Source of the DNA: the human T2T-CHM13v2.0 reference genome, Homo sapiens
Direction: 5' to 3' (one strand)
NCBI RefSeq assembly: GCF_009914755.1
Contig: NC_060934.1
Length of the DNA stretch: 64,000 nt
The stretch's first letter is position 1. Every line of letters starts with the position of its first letter. The position numbers and the translations under genes are program-made. Under the pieces are notes generated by a model. It did not search any database, was not told the DNA's origin, and saw nothing but the letters and a program-made list of their open reading frames with translations. Of the stretch, positions 32,470-45,982 are shown piece by piece.

Positions 32470-32975
32470 TGTATCAGTTTCCTGAGGCTGCTGTAACAAG
32501 TGACTACAAACTTGGTGGCTTCAAACAATAAAAATTTGCTATTTCACCATTCGAGAGGCCAGAAGTGTGACATCAGTAGCCCCGGGGTGAAATCAAGGCA
32601 ACCTCCAGGCTGAGGTCCATCCAGAGGCTCTCGAGGAAAGTTGTGCCTTGCCTCTTCTTGTTCTTTCCTCTTCTCTTCCAGCTTCTGCAGGATGCTGGCA
32701 TTCCTTGGATTATGGCCGCATCACTCCAATCTCTGCATTGCTCTCTCTGTCTTCACATCACCATCTCCTGTTCCTGTGTGTGCAAGTCTCCTCCTCATCT
32801 CTTATAAGGACACTTATAATGACATTTAGGTGTATGTAATCCAGGATAATCTCCCTTCACAAGGTCCTTAACTAATCACACCTGCAAACCACCCCCACCC
32901 TCCCCCCGCCGCCCTTTTTTTTTTTTTTCCCCAAATAAGGCAACATTCACAGTTCCAAGGATTAGGACGTAGAGA
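32470..32975 (-). mobile_element. MaLR LTR (MLT1C/D-like)
   Basis: TGTATCAGTTTCCTGAGGCTGCTGTAACAA..., TCCAGGATAATCTCCC. Confidence 0.8.
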
Positions 32976-34341
32976 TCTTTCAGAGATTCCTTTTTCCTCC
33001 TCCCAGTCAAATTGATTCTGGAGTAACTAAACCCCGAGACAAGACAGTGATATTGCAGATGAAATTCTGGCTGGGTTTAGGGAGACTTGCTTACCACTCA
33101 CCATGCAAGTTTCTATTATTTGTAAGCTTCAGTTTCTTTTCTATAGAAAGAATAACATGTGCCTTATCAACTCCGCCAAGTTGTTTACAGGTGAAATCCT
33201 GCATGTGAAAGTGATTTGAAAAATTCAAATTTATGGTCATTTGGTGTTAGTCCATGCCATACCTGAGGGGAAATCGAGCACCTTACCATGATATTGCAAT
33301 TCTCATTGTTGCAATTGAATGAAACTCCTAGGTAAGTAAATACCTCCTGCAGCATTAGAAGTATTCAGACTGCAGGCAGTGTTAACCCGAGTTTTATCCC
33401 AAACATTTGTGACAGTGTAGCATGGGAGTTTATGGCGTACACTCTGGAGACTTCCTGGGTTTGAAACCCAGGTTTATCACTTCGTGGTGGTACAACCCTG
33501 GCCAATTCTGTATCTGATACACTATATTACCCTACTCATACTATACCCAGGGAAAATTTAATGTAAATAATTGTTAAGTCTTAGAAGACGGTTAGTTACT
33601 AAAAGGTAATGGAGGCGTCTAAGGGGTACAGAAGTAGCAGGTGCACAGAAGCAGCCACTGCCTCTTGCTGAGGGAGAGGGGATGCTAAAGGAAGGAGGGA
33701 GGAGGAGGGAGGAGGAGGGTCCCCTCACCCCCCACCCCCAGGCAGGGATTCAGTCTTATTTTTTAAGAGCACACAGGCTGCTGCAGGCAAATGACTTTCC
33801 AGAAGGTGAGGGCCAGAGCTAGTCTGCAGAAGCAGCTACCTGTAAGAACACTGTGGCCTGAGCATGCAGCTGGAGCTCTGCCAAGGTGGCCCCTGAGCTC
33901 CCACACCGAACAGGAACAATGGAGGACCAGATCCTGCACAGGAAGGGGCTTCCCAAGACTGTGGTCCTGCGGCGTCCCTCTGGTGCCCTCTGTTGACAAG
34001 ACCTAATGTGCCGCCAGCTCCAGGGTCACAAAGCAGGGTGGCTCTGGAGCGGAGAGGCAAGCCATTAAGGACTGGTAGTTCTATATTCTTATGCCTTGTT
34101 TTCTTCACCTGGAAACTGGGACACTAATTGTACCTCTCACATATTGTGAAGAGTGAATGAATTGATGCACTTAAGTGCTTACCCCCGGGGCTAGTGTGAT
34201 CTATGTCAGCTCTTCCAGTCGGCTCTTATTCATTCAAGATACCAGGCCTGTGGGATGAGCTAATATAAAAAGACAAGCGAGGCACAGCCTGTGCCCTCAT
34301 GGAGCCTCATCTCTAGTGCCTTTAAGAAGATTGTCAGATCT

Positions 34342-34641
34342 GGCCGGACACAGTGGCTCACGTCTGTAATCCCAGCACTTTGGGAGGCCGGGGTGGGTGG
34401 ATCGCTTGAGCTCAGGAGTTGGAGACCAGCCTGGCCAACATGGTGAAACCCCACCTCTGCCAAAATACAAAAATTAGCCTTGTGTGGTGGCTCATGCCTG
34501 TAGTCCCAGCTACTCAGGAGGCTGAGTCTGGAGAATCGCTTGAACTCTGGAGGCAGAAGAAGTTGCAGTGAGCCAAAATTGCACCACTGCACTCCAGCCT
34601 GGGTGACAGAGGGAGACCCTGTCTCAAAAAAAAAAAAAAAA
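34342..34641 (+). mobile_element. AluS
   Basis: TSD AAGATTGTCAGAT. Confidence 0.95.
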
Positions 34642-35074
34642 AAAGATTGTCAGATTTGAGCTGCTTCCTGCTTTATTGATTAGGGATTAATACGATCTCA
34701 AAGCTTACCATTAGGAATTTAAAGAACTTCTTTCCACAGTATAATAAGTTTTTGTTTTCTTTTCTAGCTCTTTCTAGCAGAGAAGTGTATCTTTGTGTAT
34801 CTTTGATTCCTTAGAGAATCAGTGCCAAGTAAATGAATTCATTCCTTCAACCAGTATCTATTGACTACCTAGGATGAGCCAGGCACTCTTCTAGACTTGG
34901 GGGGCTCAGAAGTGAACAACACAAAACACATTTTCTGTCCTCGTGGAGTTTAAATTCTAGGTGGGAAGTGGGGGGAGATAAATAATAAATAAACTAAAAA
35001 TGTAGCATCAGTGATAAATACTGTGAAGAAAAAACTGGGAACAGAGATGGACTTGATTCTTTCCCAAGCCTCAC

Positions 35075-35933
35075 TGTCCCAGGCATGTGAACCAGATCGA
35101 CTCCATCTTGAATGGGAGCTGGGTAAAATGAGGCTGAGACCTGCTGGGCTGCATTCCCAGACGGTTAAGGCATTCTAAGTCACAGGATGAGATAGGAGGT
35201 CGGCACAAAATACAGGTCACACAGACCTTGCTGATAAAACAGGTTGCAGTAAAGAAGCTGGCCCAAGATGGCCCCGAGAGTGACCTCTGATCATCTTCAC
35301 TGCTACATTTCAGCGCCAGGACAGTTAACAAATGCCATGGCAACATCAGGAAGTTACCTTATACGGTCTAAAAAGGGAAGGCATGGCCGGGCGTAGTGGC
35401 TCACGCCTGTAATCCCAGCACTTTCGGAGGCCAAGGCGGGCGGATCATGAGGTCAGGAGATCGAAACTATCCTGGCTAACCCGGTGAAACCCCGTCTCTA
35501 CTAAAAATACAAAAAAAAAATTAGCTGGGCATGGTGGTGGGCGCCTGCAGTCTCAGCTACTCAGGAGGTTGAGGCAGGAGAATGGCGTGAACCCGGGAGG
35601 CGGAGCTTGCAGTGAGCCGAGATCGCGCCACTGCACTCCAGCCTGGGCTACAGAGCAAGACTCCGTCTCAAAAAAAAAAAAAAAAAAAAAAAAAAGACAG
35701 AAAAAAAGAAAAAAGAAAAAAGAAAAAAGGTGGAGGCACAAATAATCCACCCCTTGTTTAGCGTATAATTGAGAAATAACCATGAAAATAGGCAACCAGC
35801 AGCCCTGGGGCTGCTCTATCTATGGAGTAGCCATTTTTTTATTCCTTTACTTTCCTAGTAAACTTTCACTTTATGGACTCGCTCTGAATTCTTCCTCTCT
35901 TGGAGTCTGGACGCGGACCCCTTTCTTGTAACA
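35075..35933 (+). mobile_element. MER41A solo LTR (ERV1), interrupted by AluY
   Basis: TG...CA ends, flanks TCAC/TCAT, close match to the recalled MER41A consensus. Confidence 0.88.
35385..35723 (+). mobile_element. AluY inside MER41A
   Basis: AluY diagnostic positions and a long A tail. Confidence 0.95.
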
Positions 35934-35950
35934 TCATTATGGAAAAAGAA

Positions 35951-36004
35951 TGTGGGTGGTGCTGATGGTGGTGGTAGTGGTGGTTGTGGTGTGTGTGTGT
36001 GTGT
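35951..36004. repeat. (GTG)n/(GT)n compound microsatellite
   Basis: Read directly. Confidence 0.85.
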
Positions 36005-36993
36005 TTCAGTGCCAGCTCCATGTCTGTAATTCTCTATCAGTGTGGAAGTCAGAAATTCCCGAATCTCAGGAGAGCCTGTGCTGGGAAGTTTTTCCTTTGC
36101 ACATAGAGATTTTGGTTAAATTTGAGGGAGGTTCTCCTTTTAAAAAATCTTTCCTTCATATTATGAACATGTTCAGTCCTTCAGCACATTCAGATGCATT
36201 AGCAAATACCCGGTGGGTCATGAAGTCCTCTCCCAATGGACAGTCTTTATTCTCTCCCGACTGCCCAACTAAGGCAATCATATCTGAAGCGCTGCTAAAC
36301 CCACCGCAACCTCCGCCTCCCAGTTCAAGCGATTATCCTGCCTCAGCCTCCTGATAAACCCAATCTTTTTCACCTGTGCCGACATCGCCTTCAATCTGAA
36401 CAGGCCCTCCATGTTACATTCTCTTTTTAACATTCTTCCTTTTTTAAATATGAATATATTTATATCAGGAATGGCCAATCTCCAACCTATGAAGTAAAGC
36501 TAGAAGTTTTAGACTAATCACTTTCATTTAATTCCGCCATTCCGAAGACCTTGGAAACAGGTCTGAAAATCAATCAGAGGAACCACAAATTTAAAAAGTG
36601 TTAGTTTGATATGTCTGAAATTAATGCCTTAATTTATTCACCACAGAGTGTCTTCACACATCGCTGTTTTCTGTAATTTATACCATATACTGTCTACTCA
36701 AGTTAATGTGTGAAGCACAGTTAAATTATACCTAAAAAGGAATATGAAAATTATCTACAAGACAGTGACGGGAAGAGGGTCTAAGTAGGAGTAATGGGGC
36801 AAAATTTAAATGAGACAAATTGTAATAGAAGTTTTAGAAAAACTGTCAGGTATTTCAGCCTAACTGGAATAAGCTCCTCGGAAAAAGACTTCAAGACATT
36901 TAGAGTACTGGGAATGGAATGGACAGAGCTCTAGAAAATATTTCTATAGGGAATGTGTAATTGTCCATGTGGCCTCAAAACCAGAGTAGATAA

Positions 36994-37300
<307 letters not shown>

Positions 37301-37676
37301 TTCAAATAACCTTTTATGTGTCTCATATCTTCAATTTTCAATCTTTGGTTAATCATGTCAAGGAAGGTTTGGGACAAAGATCAAATGAACAATTCTAGAG
37401 GAAAGAGAGACGTATTTTGTCAATATGATTTCATTTTGTTCTTTTTCCTGATGTGTATAGCATGCTGGCACTTTCATTCATTTTCTTATGGCTAATTTAA
37501 CTCTAGTGGAGGTTGCCGAACTGACAACTCAGGAGACTGAAGTCTGTTATACACTTGCCCGACTTTGCACTTCAGTCTCATTCTAAAGGAGTCTGCCTTA
37601 AGAACTGTCAAGGCAAGAGAATCTCTGTGATTCCATTCTGTTTTATTTTTGAGAGCAATCATATTATACTAATTAG

Positions 37677-38000
<324 letters not shown>

Positions 38001-38660
38001 TAGCAATTTGGAGGTTGCATTCATTAATTCACTCTCAATGCCTGCTTATGTCCACAGCACTTTGTTCTAGGTTCCAGCCCCTGTAGGAAATGAGGGTATC
38101 TAAGAGATTGCTTCGGCATTCAGTGAGTGCATAGGTTAGCAGGCTGTTAAGATGAGAAGGACCTGCTGTGTTTCACATCAGACACCACATCAAAAACACT
38201 AAAAGCAACACGGAATGGAATTCAGACAGGTCAGTGTTTGCGGATGGGGAGAGGGGACATGCAGGAAGAGGTTGCCAGGTCGGGTGAGTCTAGGTTTATT
38301 TTCCTCGATGAGATTTAACAGACTTGCTTTAACTCTGCAGTCATATTTCAGTAGAATAGCATTCTTTTCAAACAGAGTAGAAGATGCGAAATAATTTTTG
38401 GAATTCTTCAGTGAAAAGAAAAGCAAGCTAGTCCCTCACCTGCTCCTGCCTGAACCTTCACCCTGAAGCCCCACCCTGCCCTACTTCTCTGAACACACCC
38501 AAAATGCCTCTTCTTGTTTCTCTGCTCTGATCTCTGAGATGCTCTGAGTTCACTCAGGCTCCATCTCATCATCGACCCAAACTCCCTGTTCGGGACCCCA
38601 TACTATTCAGGCAATGGGGAGTGGCTGTGTGCTTCCATGCACCATGGGGACTGCTGTTGA

Positions 38661-38993
<333 letters not shown>

Positions 38994-39346
38994 TAAAATT
39001 GGAAGGAAATCTACATTGCCAAATTGAGAAAACTTAAAGACCAAAGATGCTACAATAAAACAAACTACACTGACTAGGAAAATTTAAAGAGTGATAGTGG
39101 TAGGCATCACAAAAGTGCTCAAAAAGCTCATGATTTTTTTTCCTGAAAAATCTAACACAGACTGAGTAGAAAAGTGAATATTCAAAGTGATAAATACAGT
39201 CTAATGTGGCTAACTCACTTTCTTATCTTCAATCCTGATTATTCTTAGAAAAAAAGAAAAAAGTACTCTCACCCCAATTCTTAGCAGATATTGAAACTAC
39301 AGCAGTGTAACTTCATATGACTAAATAATTGTTTAAAAGCTAAATG

Positions 39347-39651
39347 GGGCTGAGCACGGTGGCTCACTCCTTTAATCCCAACACATTCGGATGCCCAGGC
39401 GGGCGGATCATCTGAAGTCAGGAGTTTGAGACCAGCCTGGCTAACATGGTGAAATCTCGTCTCTACTGAAAATACAAAAATTAGCCAGGCATGGTGGCAC
39501 GTGCCTGTAATACCAGCTATTCAGGAGGCTAAGGCAGGAGAATCACTTTAACACGGGAGGTGGAGGTTGCAGCAAGCCGAGACCATGCCACTGTACTCCA
39601 GCCTGGGCAACAGAGCGAGACCTCGTTTCAAAAAATAATTAATAAAATAAA
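39347..39651 (+). mobile_element. AluS
   Basis: Full Alu dimer. Confidence 0.93.
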
Positions 39652-40022
39652 ACATTCCTGCAAGTATTTTGCTTTGAAATTCCCAATGCCTTTTCCAGGG
39701 AATAAGAGGAGACTTTGAACTCATCTATACAAGTAATGCTGACAAGTAAATTTTCGCAGGGTTCCAACCTCATCTACTCTTTAAGCATAAGCTGACTTGA
39801 TCTCTGTCTGTAGTACACCAATAAAACACTTTCAGCTACCTAAGCATCTTCATGCTTCAGACTGCCTCTGTCTGACCTGCCGTACTTAGAGGCTGACTTT
39901 TAAATATTCTGATGTTTTAGGTATATTTTTGTGGGCAACTCAAGAGGCACTATGTACCTGAGAATTCTCATTTTAAGCATTAGGTATTCCTGGTTGATAT
40001 TCTGTCACCAAATGTCATAAAT

Positions 40023-40204
40023 TAGGGTTACAAGATCTAGGGGGTGAATCAAACAGGAACACCCAGTTAAATTTGAATTCCACACAATGAATACTTTTCT
40101 AAAAAGTATAAGTATGTCCCATGAAACATTTGGTTCATGCTTTCTACTAATAAATTATGCATTCAAATTGAACTAGGTGTCTTGTATTTTATTTGGCAAC
40201 CCTA
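40023..40204. mobile_element. MER53-like palindromic hAT MITE
   Basis: TAGGGTTAC ... GCAACCCTA TIRs and internal inverted CACCCAGTTAAATTTGAAT / ATTCAAATTGAACTAGGTG. Confidence 0.75.
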
Positions 40205-40443
40205 TCGTAAATGGGAAGTTCTACTCCTGCAGCTTGCTCACCCTTCATTTCCCAGAACTTCACCCAGGGCTCAGAGTTCAGAGTGGAGTGGGGTTGGGGA
40301 ATAGAAGACAGGATACTTGACACTCATTGCCAGGTCCTTGGCAATTTCCAGGCCTATGAAATTGGTGCTGAGATGTCAGGTCCAACGAGGGGGACCCCAG
40401 GATTAAGGTAGCCTCAGTGATGAGATAGCTCTCAATTGGATGA

Positions 40444-40895
<452 letters not shown>

Positions 40896-41695
40896 TGATA
40901 CCCTAACTATAGAGATATAGATGAGGTTACCCATATTACTACTACTATTTAGGGAAATATAATTCCATGTGTAAGGTGTTGTTATGACAACATATACATA
41001 TGTATATGTATATGTGCCTAAGGATTCCAGGTCCTCCCACTCATTGCCTTGAAAAAGAGAATTCTGTTGTCACCCATGCTGTGTTCCTGGGCCCAGAATT
41101 GTACAGGACTGGGTTAATGAAAGAAGGAGGGAACTAAATGAAGTCAAGGCCAGTTTAGTTGATAGAGAAAAGGCAGCAAGCTAGTCATCCAGGAGAAAAG
41201 AACAGATTCAGAAGTTGAGATGGGTAGGACAGAAAGAAGGATGCGGTGGGGTGCATGTGGGAAGGGGCATGGGAGGGAGAGGGGTAGAGAGAGGGATTAC
41301 GGAAGAATAGGAAGAGAAAGAAGGGGATGTCCTGCTGGGCTCTGTGCCATATCAGAGAGAAGGCAAAGGTGAAATCAGCTTTTCAAGAACTTCTGCTGTG
41401 GGTTGGAAGATTCATCCCCCTTTTGACATTCTTTTGAGAGACTGTGTTTATATTTATTTCAATAACTTTTTTCTCTTTTTGCTATCACATTGATGTTTCC
41501 TCTGAATGTGAATGATGCTGAGCTGCTCTTACATGCAACCCCCTTCAAGCCCTTGACTTAAAGTGAGGAAGGAGGAAAACAGGGCAGCAAGGATTTATTA
41601 AAGTTGAACCAAACCAATGTTGGGCAGCAAAACTGTAAAAGTAGTGCCTTACTTATTTCATCATTCAAACATTCCCGAGGAAGAGCTAAAGTAGG

Positions 41696-42051
41696 TGATA
41701 TGGTTTGGCTATGTCCCCCACCCAAATCTCATCTTGAATTGTAATATCCCCATGTGTCAAGGGCAAGGCCAGGTGGAGATAATTGAATCATGGGGGAGGT
41801 TTCCCCCAGACTGTTCTGATGATAGTGAATAAGTCTCAGGAGATCCAGTGGTTTTATAAATGGGAGTTGCCCTGCACATGCTGTCTTGCCTGCTGCCATG
41901 TAAGACATGCCTTTGCTTCTCTTTTGCCTTGCACCGTGACTGTGAAGCCTCCCCAGCCATGTGGAACTGTGAGTCCATTAAACCTCTTGCCTTTATAAAT
42001 TACCCAGTCTCGGATATGTCTTTATTAGCAGCATGAGAACGGACTCATACC
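41696..42051 (+). mobile_element. THE1 solo LTR (MaLR)
   Basis: TGATATGGTTTGGCT start. Perfect 5-bp TSD GTAGG at 41691-41695 and 42052-42056. Confidence 0.92.
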
Positions 42052-42842
42052 GTAGGTATTCCCAACAGGAACATTAACAAAGAAATTGATGTTATCTATT
42101 CATGCTTTTATGATGTTATGGACTTTATCTCCTTTCCTCCCTTTCTCTTCATAAATACTTGTGTGATATGATATGTGATCATGAGATGAATAAACTTATA
42201 TTTTTGTTATGCAACATAGAATTTACACTCCAAATTAGTGGGTTTTTTGTCTCTTCTAAAGGTGTCACCATGGATGCTGAAGTCTTTGCATCAACACCTC
42301 ATTGCATTACATGGCATTTGAGCACTGCATTGTTCAAAAACAATGCGATCTCCTGTTTTGGAATCACCTTCAGAGTTTATGTCAAATTATTTTTATTAGT
42401 CTCAGTAATGGGAAAACATTCGTCCTTAATGATGCATTTGATTTTTGGAAACAGCCAAAGATAATTTGGAACATAGTTTGATAGACAAAATACATGATCA
42501 TAATAGATAATATTTTAGGATAAAAACAAAGTAGGAAAGCTAATGAAATTTTTTATGGTTTATAAACTGAAAATAATTATAAAAATAAGACATTCTAAGT
42601 TATTTTTGGGCAATGGACTGGGTTGAATAAAAGCATAGACTCAAATAATTATTTTGAAATAGCCAGTTGTTTCGAACTGTGTTTTTTCTTTGGTTTATTC
42701 TTTCATTAGTTCAGCAAACATGCCTTGAGGACCTACTAACTCTTAGACACTGGCTCTGAGAATACCAAGATAAAAAGACTTAGTTCTTGTCTTCAGAGAA
42801 CTTCTAATTCCACTGAAAAATAGATATACAAATGCATGATTA

Positions 42843-43956
42843 TAGTGTACATGTCTTATCTGAAAACCTTTGGAAGGTTTTGGAATTCAGAATTGTTCAC
42901 ATCTTAATGTAAGATGATGGTAATCTAGTTCCTATGACTGCATAACAATTACCCCCAAACTTAGTGGGTTTTAATAAAACAACAAAAACATTCACTTTTC
43001 TCATGAATCTGCATTTTGGGCAGGTCTTGGTGGCAGCAGCTTTTCTTTGCTCCATTTGGCCAACAGGTGGGATGCTTGCATGCCCAGGGCAGGGGTCACA
43101 TTAAGGTTTATTTGCTGGCATGTCCAGTGGTTGGTGTTGGCTGGTGGTTGAAACCTTAGCAGAGACTGTGGGTCAGAACACCTCCATGTGACCTCACCCT
43201 GTGGCCTGGGACATGGTGACTGGGTTCCAAGGGCAGGAAGTTCAAGAGAAAAAGGAAGACAGGCAGAAGCCATATGACCTTTGAAGACCTGGCGTTGAAA
43301 GTCAAACAGTGTCTATTCCACTGCTTTTTATCCATCAAGGCAGGCATAAAATCCCAGTTTCAAGGGGAAGAAGAAACAGGCCTCACCTCTTGATGAGAAG
43401 TGGACGTTTTGGAAGAATTTGTGGGAATGAGAAGTATTGCAGTGGCCATTTTTGGAGTGGGGCCACAGATACACAAACTCTATATGTACAAGTGTGTGCA
43501 TCTATAGCCCCAGTCCAAAAATGAGCTACATAATACCATCTGTGGGGCCCGAGTCTCCACTCTGTAATGGAACCCATTAATATAAATGCAACAAAATTAA
43601 CCAATATTCACTCAAAGTAGGATCCATTGAGATTATAAATATACATATAAACAGTTCAATTCAGTTTTTGCCAGCAAATGAGTTACTCAAAAAATATTTT
43701 AGTATTCCCTGGGAAGAGCTAAAAGAGCAATTCCCAACAGCAACATTAAAAAATAAATTGACGTTATCTATTCATGCCTTGATGACATTATGGATTTTCT
43801 CTTTATCTCCTTTCCTCCCCTTCTCTTCATAAAGTTAAATATGTGTGTGATACGATGTGTGGCCATGAGATTAATAAACTTATATTTTTGTGATGCAGAA
43901 GATACCCAGAGATTTTCTGGATTTCAGAATTTCTCATAAGTGACTTTTGAACTGTT
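42843..43956 (-). mobile_element. MER46C-like Tigger MITE split by an MLT1 LTR (about 42920-43470) and a 200-bp local copy (43704-43904)
   Basis: Three colinear segments match the recalled consensus: CTTATCTGAAAACCTTTGG, CAGTTTTTGCCAGCAAATGAGTTAC, GGATTTCAGAATTTCTCATAAG. Confidence 0.65.
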
Positions 43957-44476
43957 ATATAATCCATGCTGATGAAGGCTTTAGGTATCCACAATGTATC
44001 TGGAAGAAGAGACTGTAGAAGGAGTGGGGAGTAAGAAAACTTCAAAAAAGAGGTAGAAGGGATTAGGAAGGCGGTTCCACCCCAGAGAAACAGTATGTGC
44101 AAAGGAATGGAGGTCTGAGAGAGCATGGAGTGTCTAGAGAAAAGCAAGATTTTCAGAGTGGCTGGAATAATTCTCAGAGAATGTCAGGGGTCAAATCAGG
44201 AAGGGTCTTGGATGCCATATTAAGAACTTTAGAATTTATCCTATAGAGGTAAAATTAGAGTTCCATTAGGGATTTTAAGCACAATAAGGATGTGATCATA
44301 TTTGTCCTTCAGAGTGATTATTTTGGTTGCAGATAGATGGTGGACTAAGGGGAATGAGAATGGGATTCACTTAGGAAGCTCTTTAGTAGGCAGCTAGAAT
44401 GGATGATCACCAGAAATTAGAGCTACCATTTTCTTTTGCACTTCAGGTCAGAGTGAATTAAAAAAAAGCATGATGT

Positions 44477-44773
44477 GCCGGGTGTGGTGGCTCATGCCTG
44501 TAATCTTAGCACTTCGGGAGGCCGAGGCGGGTGGAGTTCAGGAGTTCGAGACCAGCCTGGCCAATATGGTGAAACCCCGTCTCTACTAAAAATACAAAAA
44601 TTAGCAGGGCATGGTGGCTTGCGCCTGTAATCCCAGCTACTCAGAAGGCTGAGCCAGGAGAATGGCATGAACCCAGGAGGCAGAGGTTACAGTGAGCCGA
44701 GATCTTGCCACTGCACTCCAGCCTGGGTGACAGAGCAAGACTCCATCTCAAAAAACAAAAAACAAAACAAAAC
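44477..44773 (+). mobile_element. AluS
   Basis: TSD AAAAAGCATGATGTG. Confidence 0.95.
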
Positions 44774-45607
44774 AAAAAGCATGATGTGAAGGCAAGTTGT
44801 CGACTTGTCTCTTCTTTGATTTTTGAATCCATGTGGTACATCTTCTTTACAATGTAAAAATAGCAGAAGGCATAGAATAACAAAGTACCCTGTACCACAC
44901 CTCCTCACTCCTATTCTGGTTTCCTGAAGGCTACCAGTTTCACCCCTTTAAACCATTCCTTCTGGGATTTACCTCCTTGATGAAAATGAGCCATGTCTGT
45001 TACATGTAACAGAAAAAACAACTGAAAATGACTTAAATAATATTTATTTTCACACAACAAGAAATCCAGGTTGGATAGGTTTTAGACACTGTATTTGCCT
45101 CCATCTCAGCTAGCTCCTTTCATCATCACAAGATTCATGCTTTTATTCCAAGAGTCATGCAAAAATGAACAACAACAATGAATTCAGTGGAAGAAGAAGA
45201 GGGACTATTCTTGTGAGTCTTTTTGTATTGTTCAGTTTATTAGCAGCTAAGTCTTTTCCAGAATCTCTCCAGCTCCTGTCCCCTCACGTTCCTTTGGCTA
45301 ATTTGGGTCCCATGCCCTGTGTTGGATCATCTGTTGTCAATTCACTATCGACACTACCCCTTCTAAGGTCTCCTCTGCTTTGAAGAAGAGAAGCCTGGAA
45401 CTATGTTTGCCAGAATCCCCTTTGTCGTATGGTTCCAGGGTGTAATGTAACAACGAGAGGCACCCTTGAGCCATAGTGATGAAGAGATCATTCTCTAGAG
45501 TCAGTTGTGGTCAGAAGTATGAATAGGTGTGATACTGCTAAAAATGTCAAGGTGAGTTTTAAGAACCACTTTCTTTGAGTGCTTCAGGTTGAGAAAGTCA
45601 GTGGCAG

Positions 45608-45982
45608 TGTATTAGTCCATTCTTGGTATAAAGAACTACCTGAGACTGGGTAATTTATTTAAAAAAAAAAAAAAGAGGTTTAATTGGCTCAGAGTTCCAC
45701 AGGCTGTACAGGAAGCTTGGCTGGGGAGGCCTCAGGAAACTTACAATCATGGTGGAAGGGAAAACAGGCACGTCTTACATGGCTGGGACAGGAGGAAGAG
45801 AGTAAGGGGGAAGTGCAACACACTTTTCAACAACCAGATGTCATGAGAACTCACTATCATGAGAACAGCAAGGGAAATGTCTGCCCCCATGATCCAATTC
45901 CCTCCCACCAGGCCCATTCTCCAACACGGGGTTTACAGTTCGACATGAAATTTTGTTGGGGATGCAAATCCAAACCATATCA
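45608..45982 (-). mobile_element. MST (MaLR) solo LTR
   Basis: TGTATTAGTCC ... CAAACCATATCA, flanks GGCAG/GGTAG. Confidence 0.88.
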
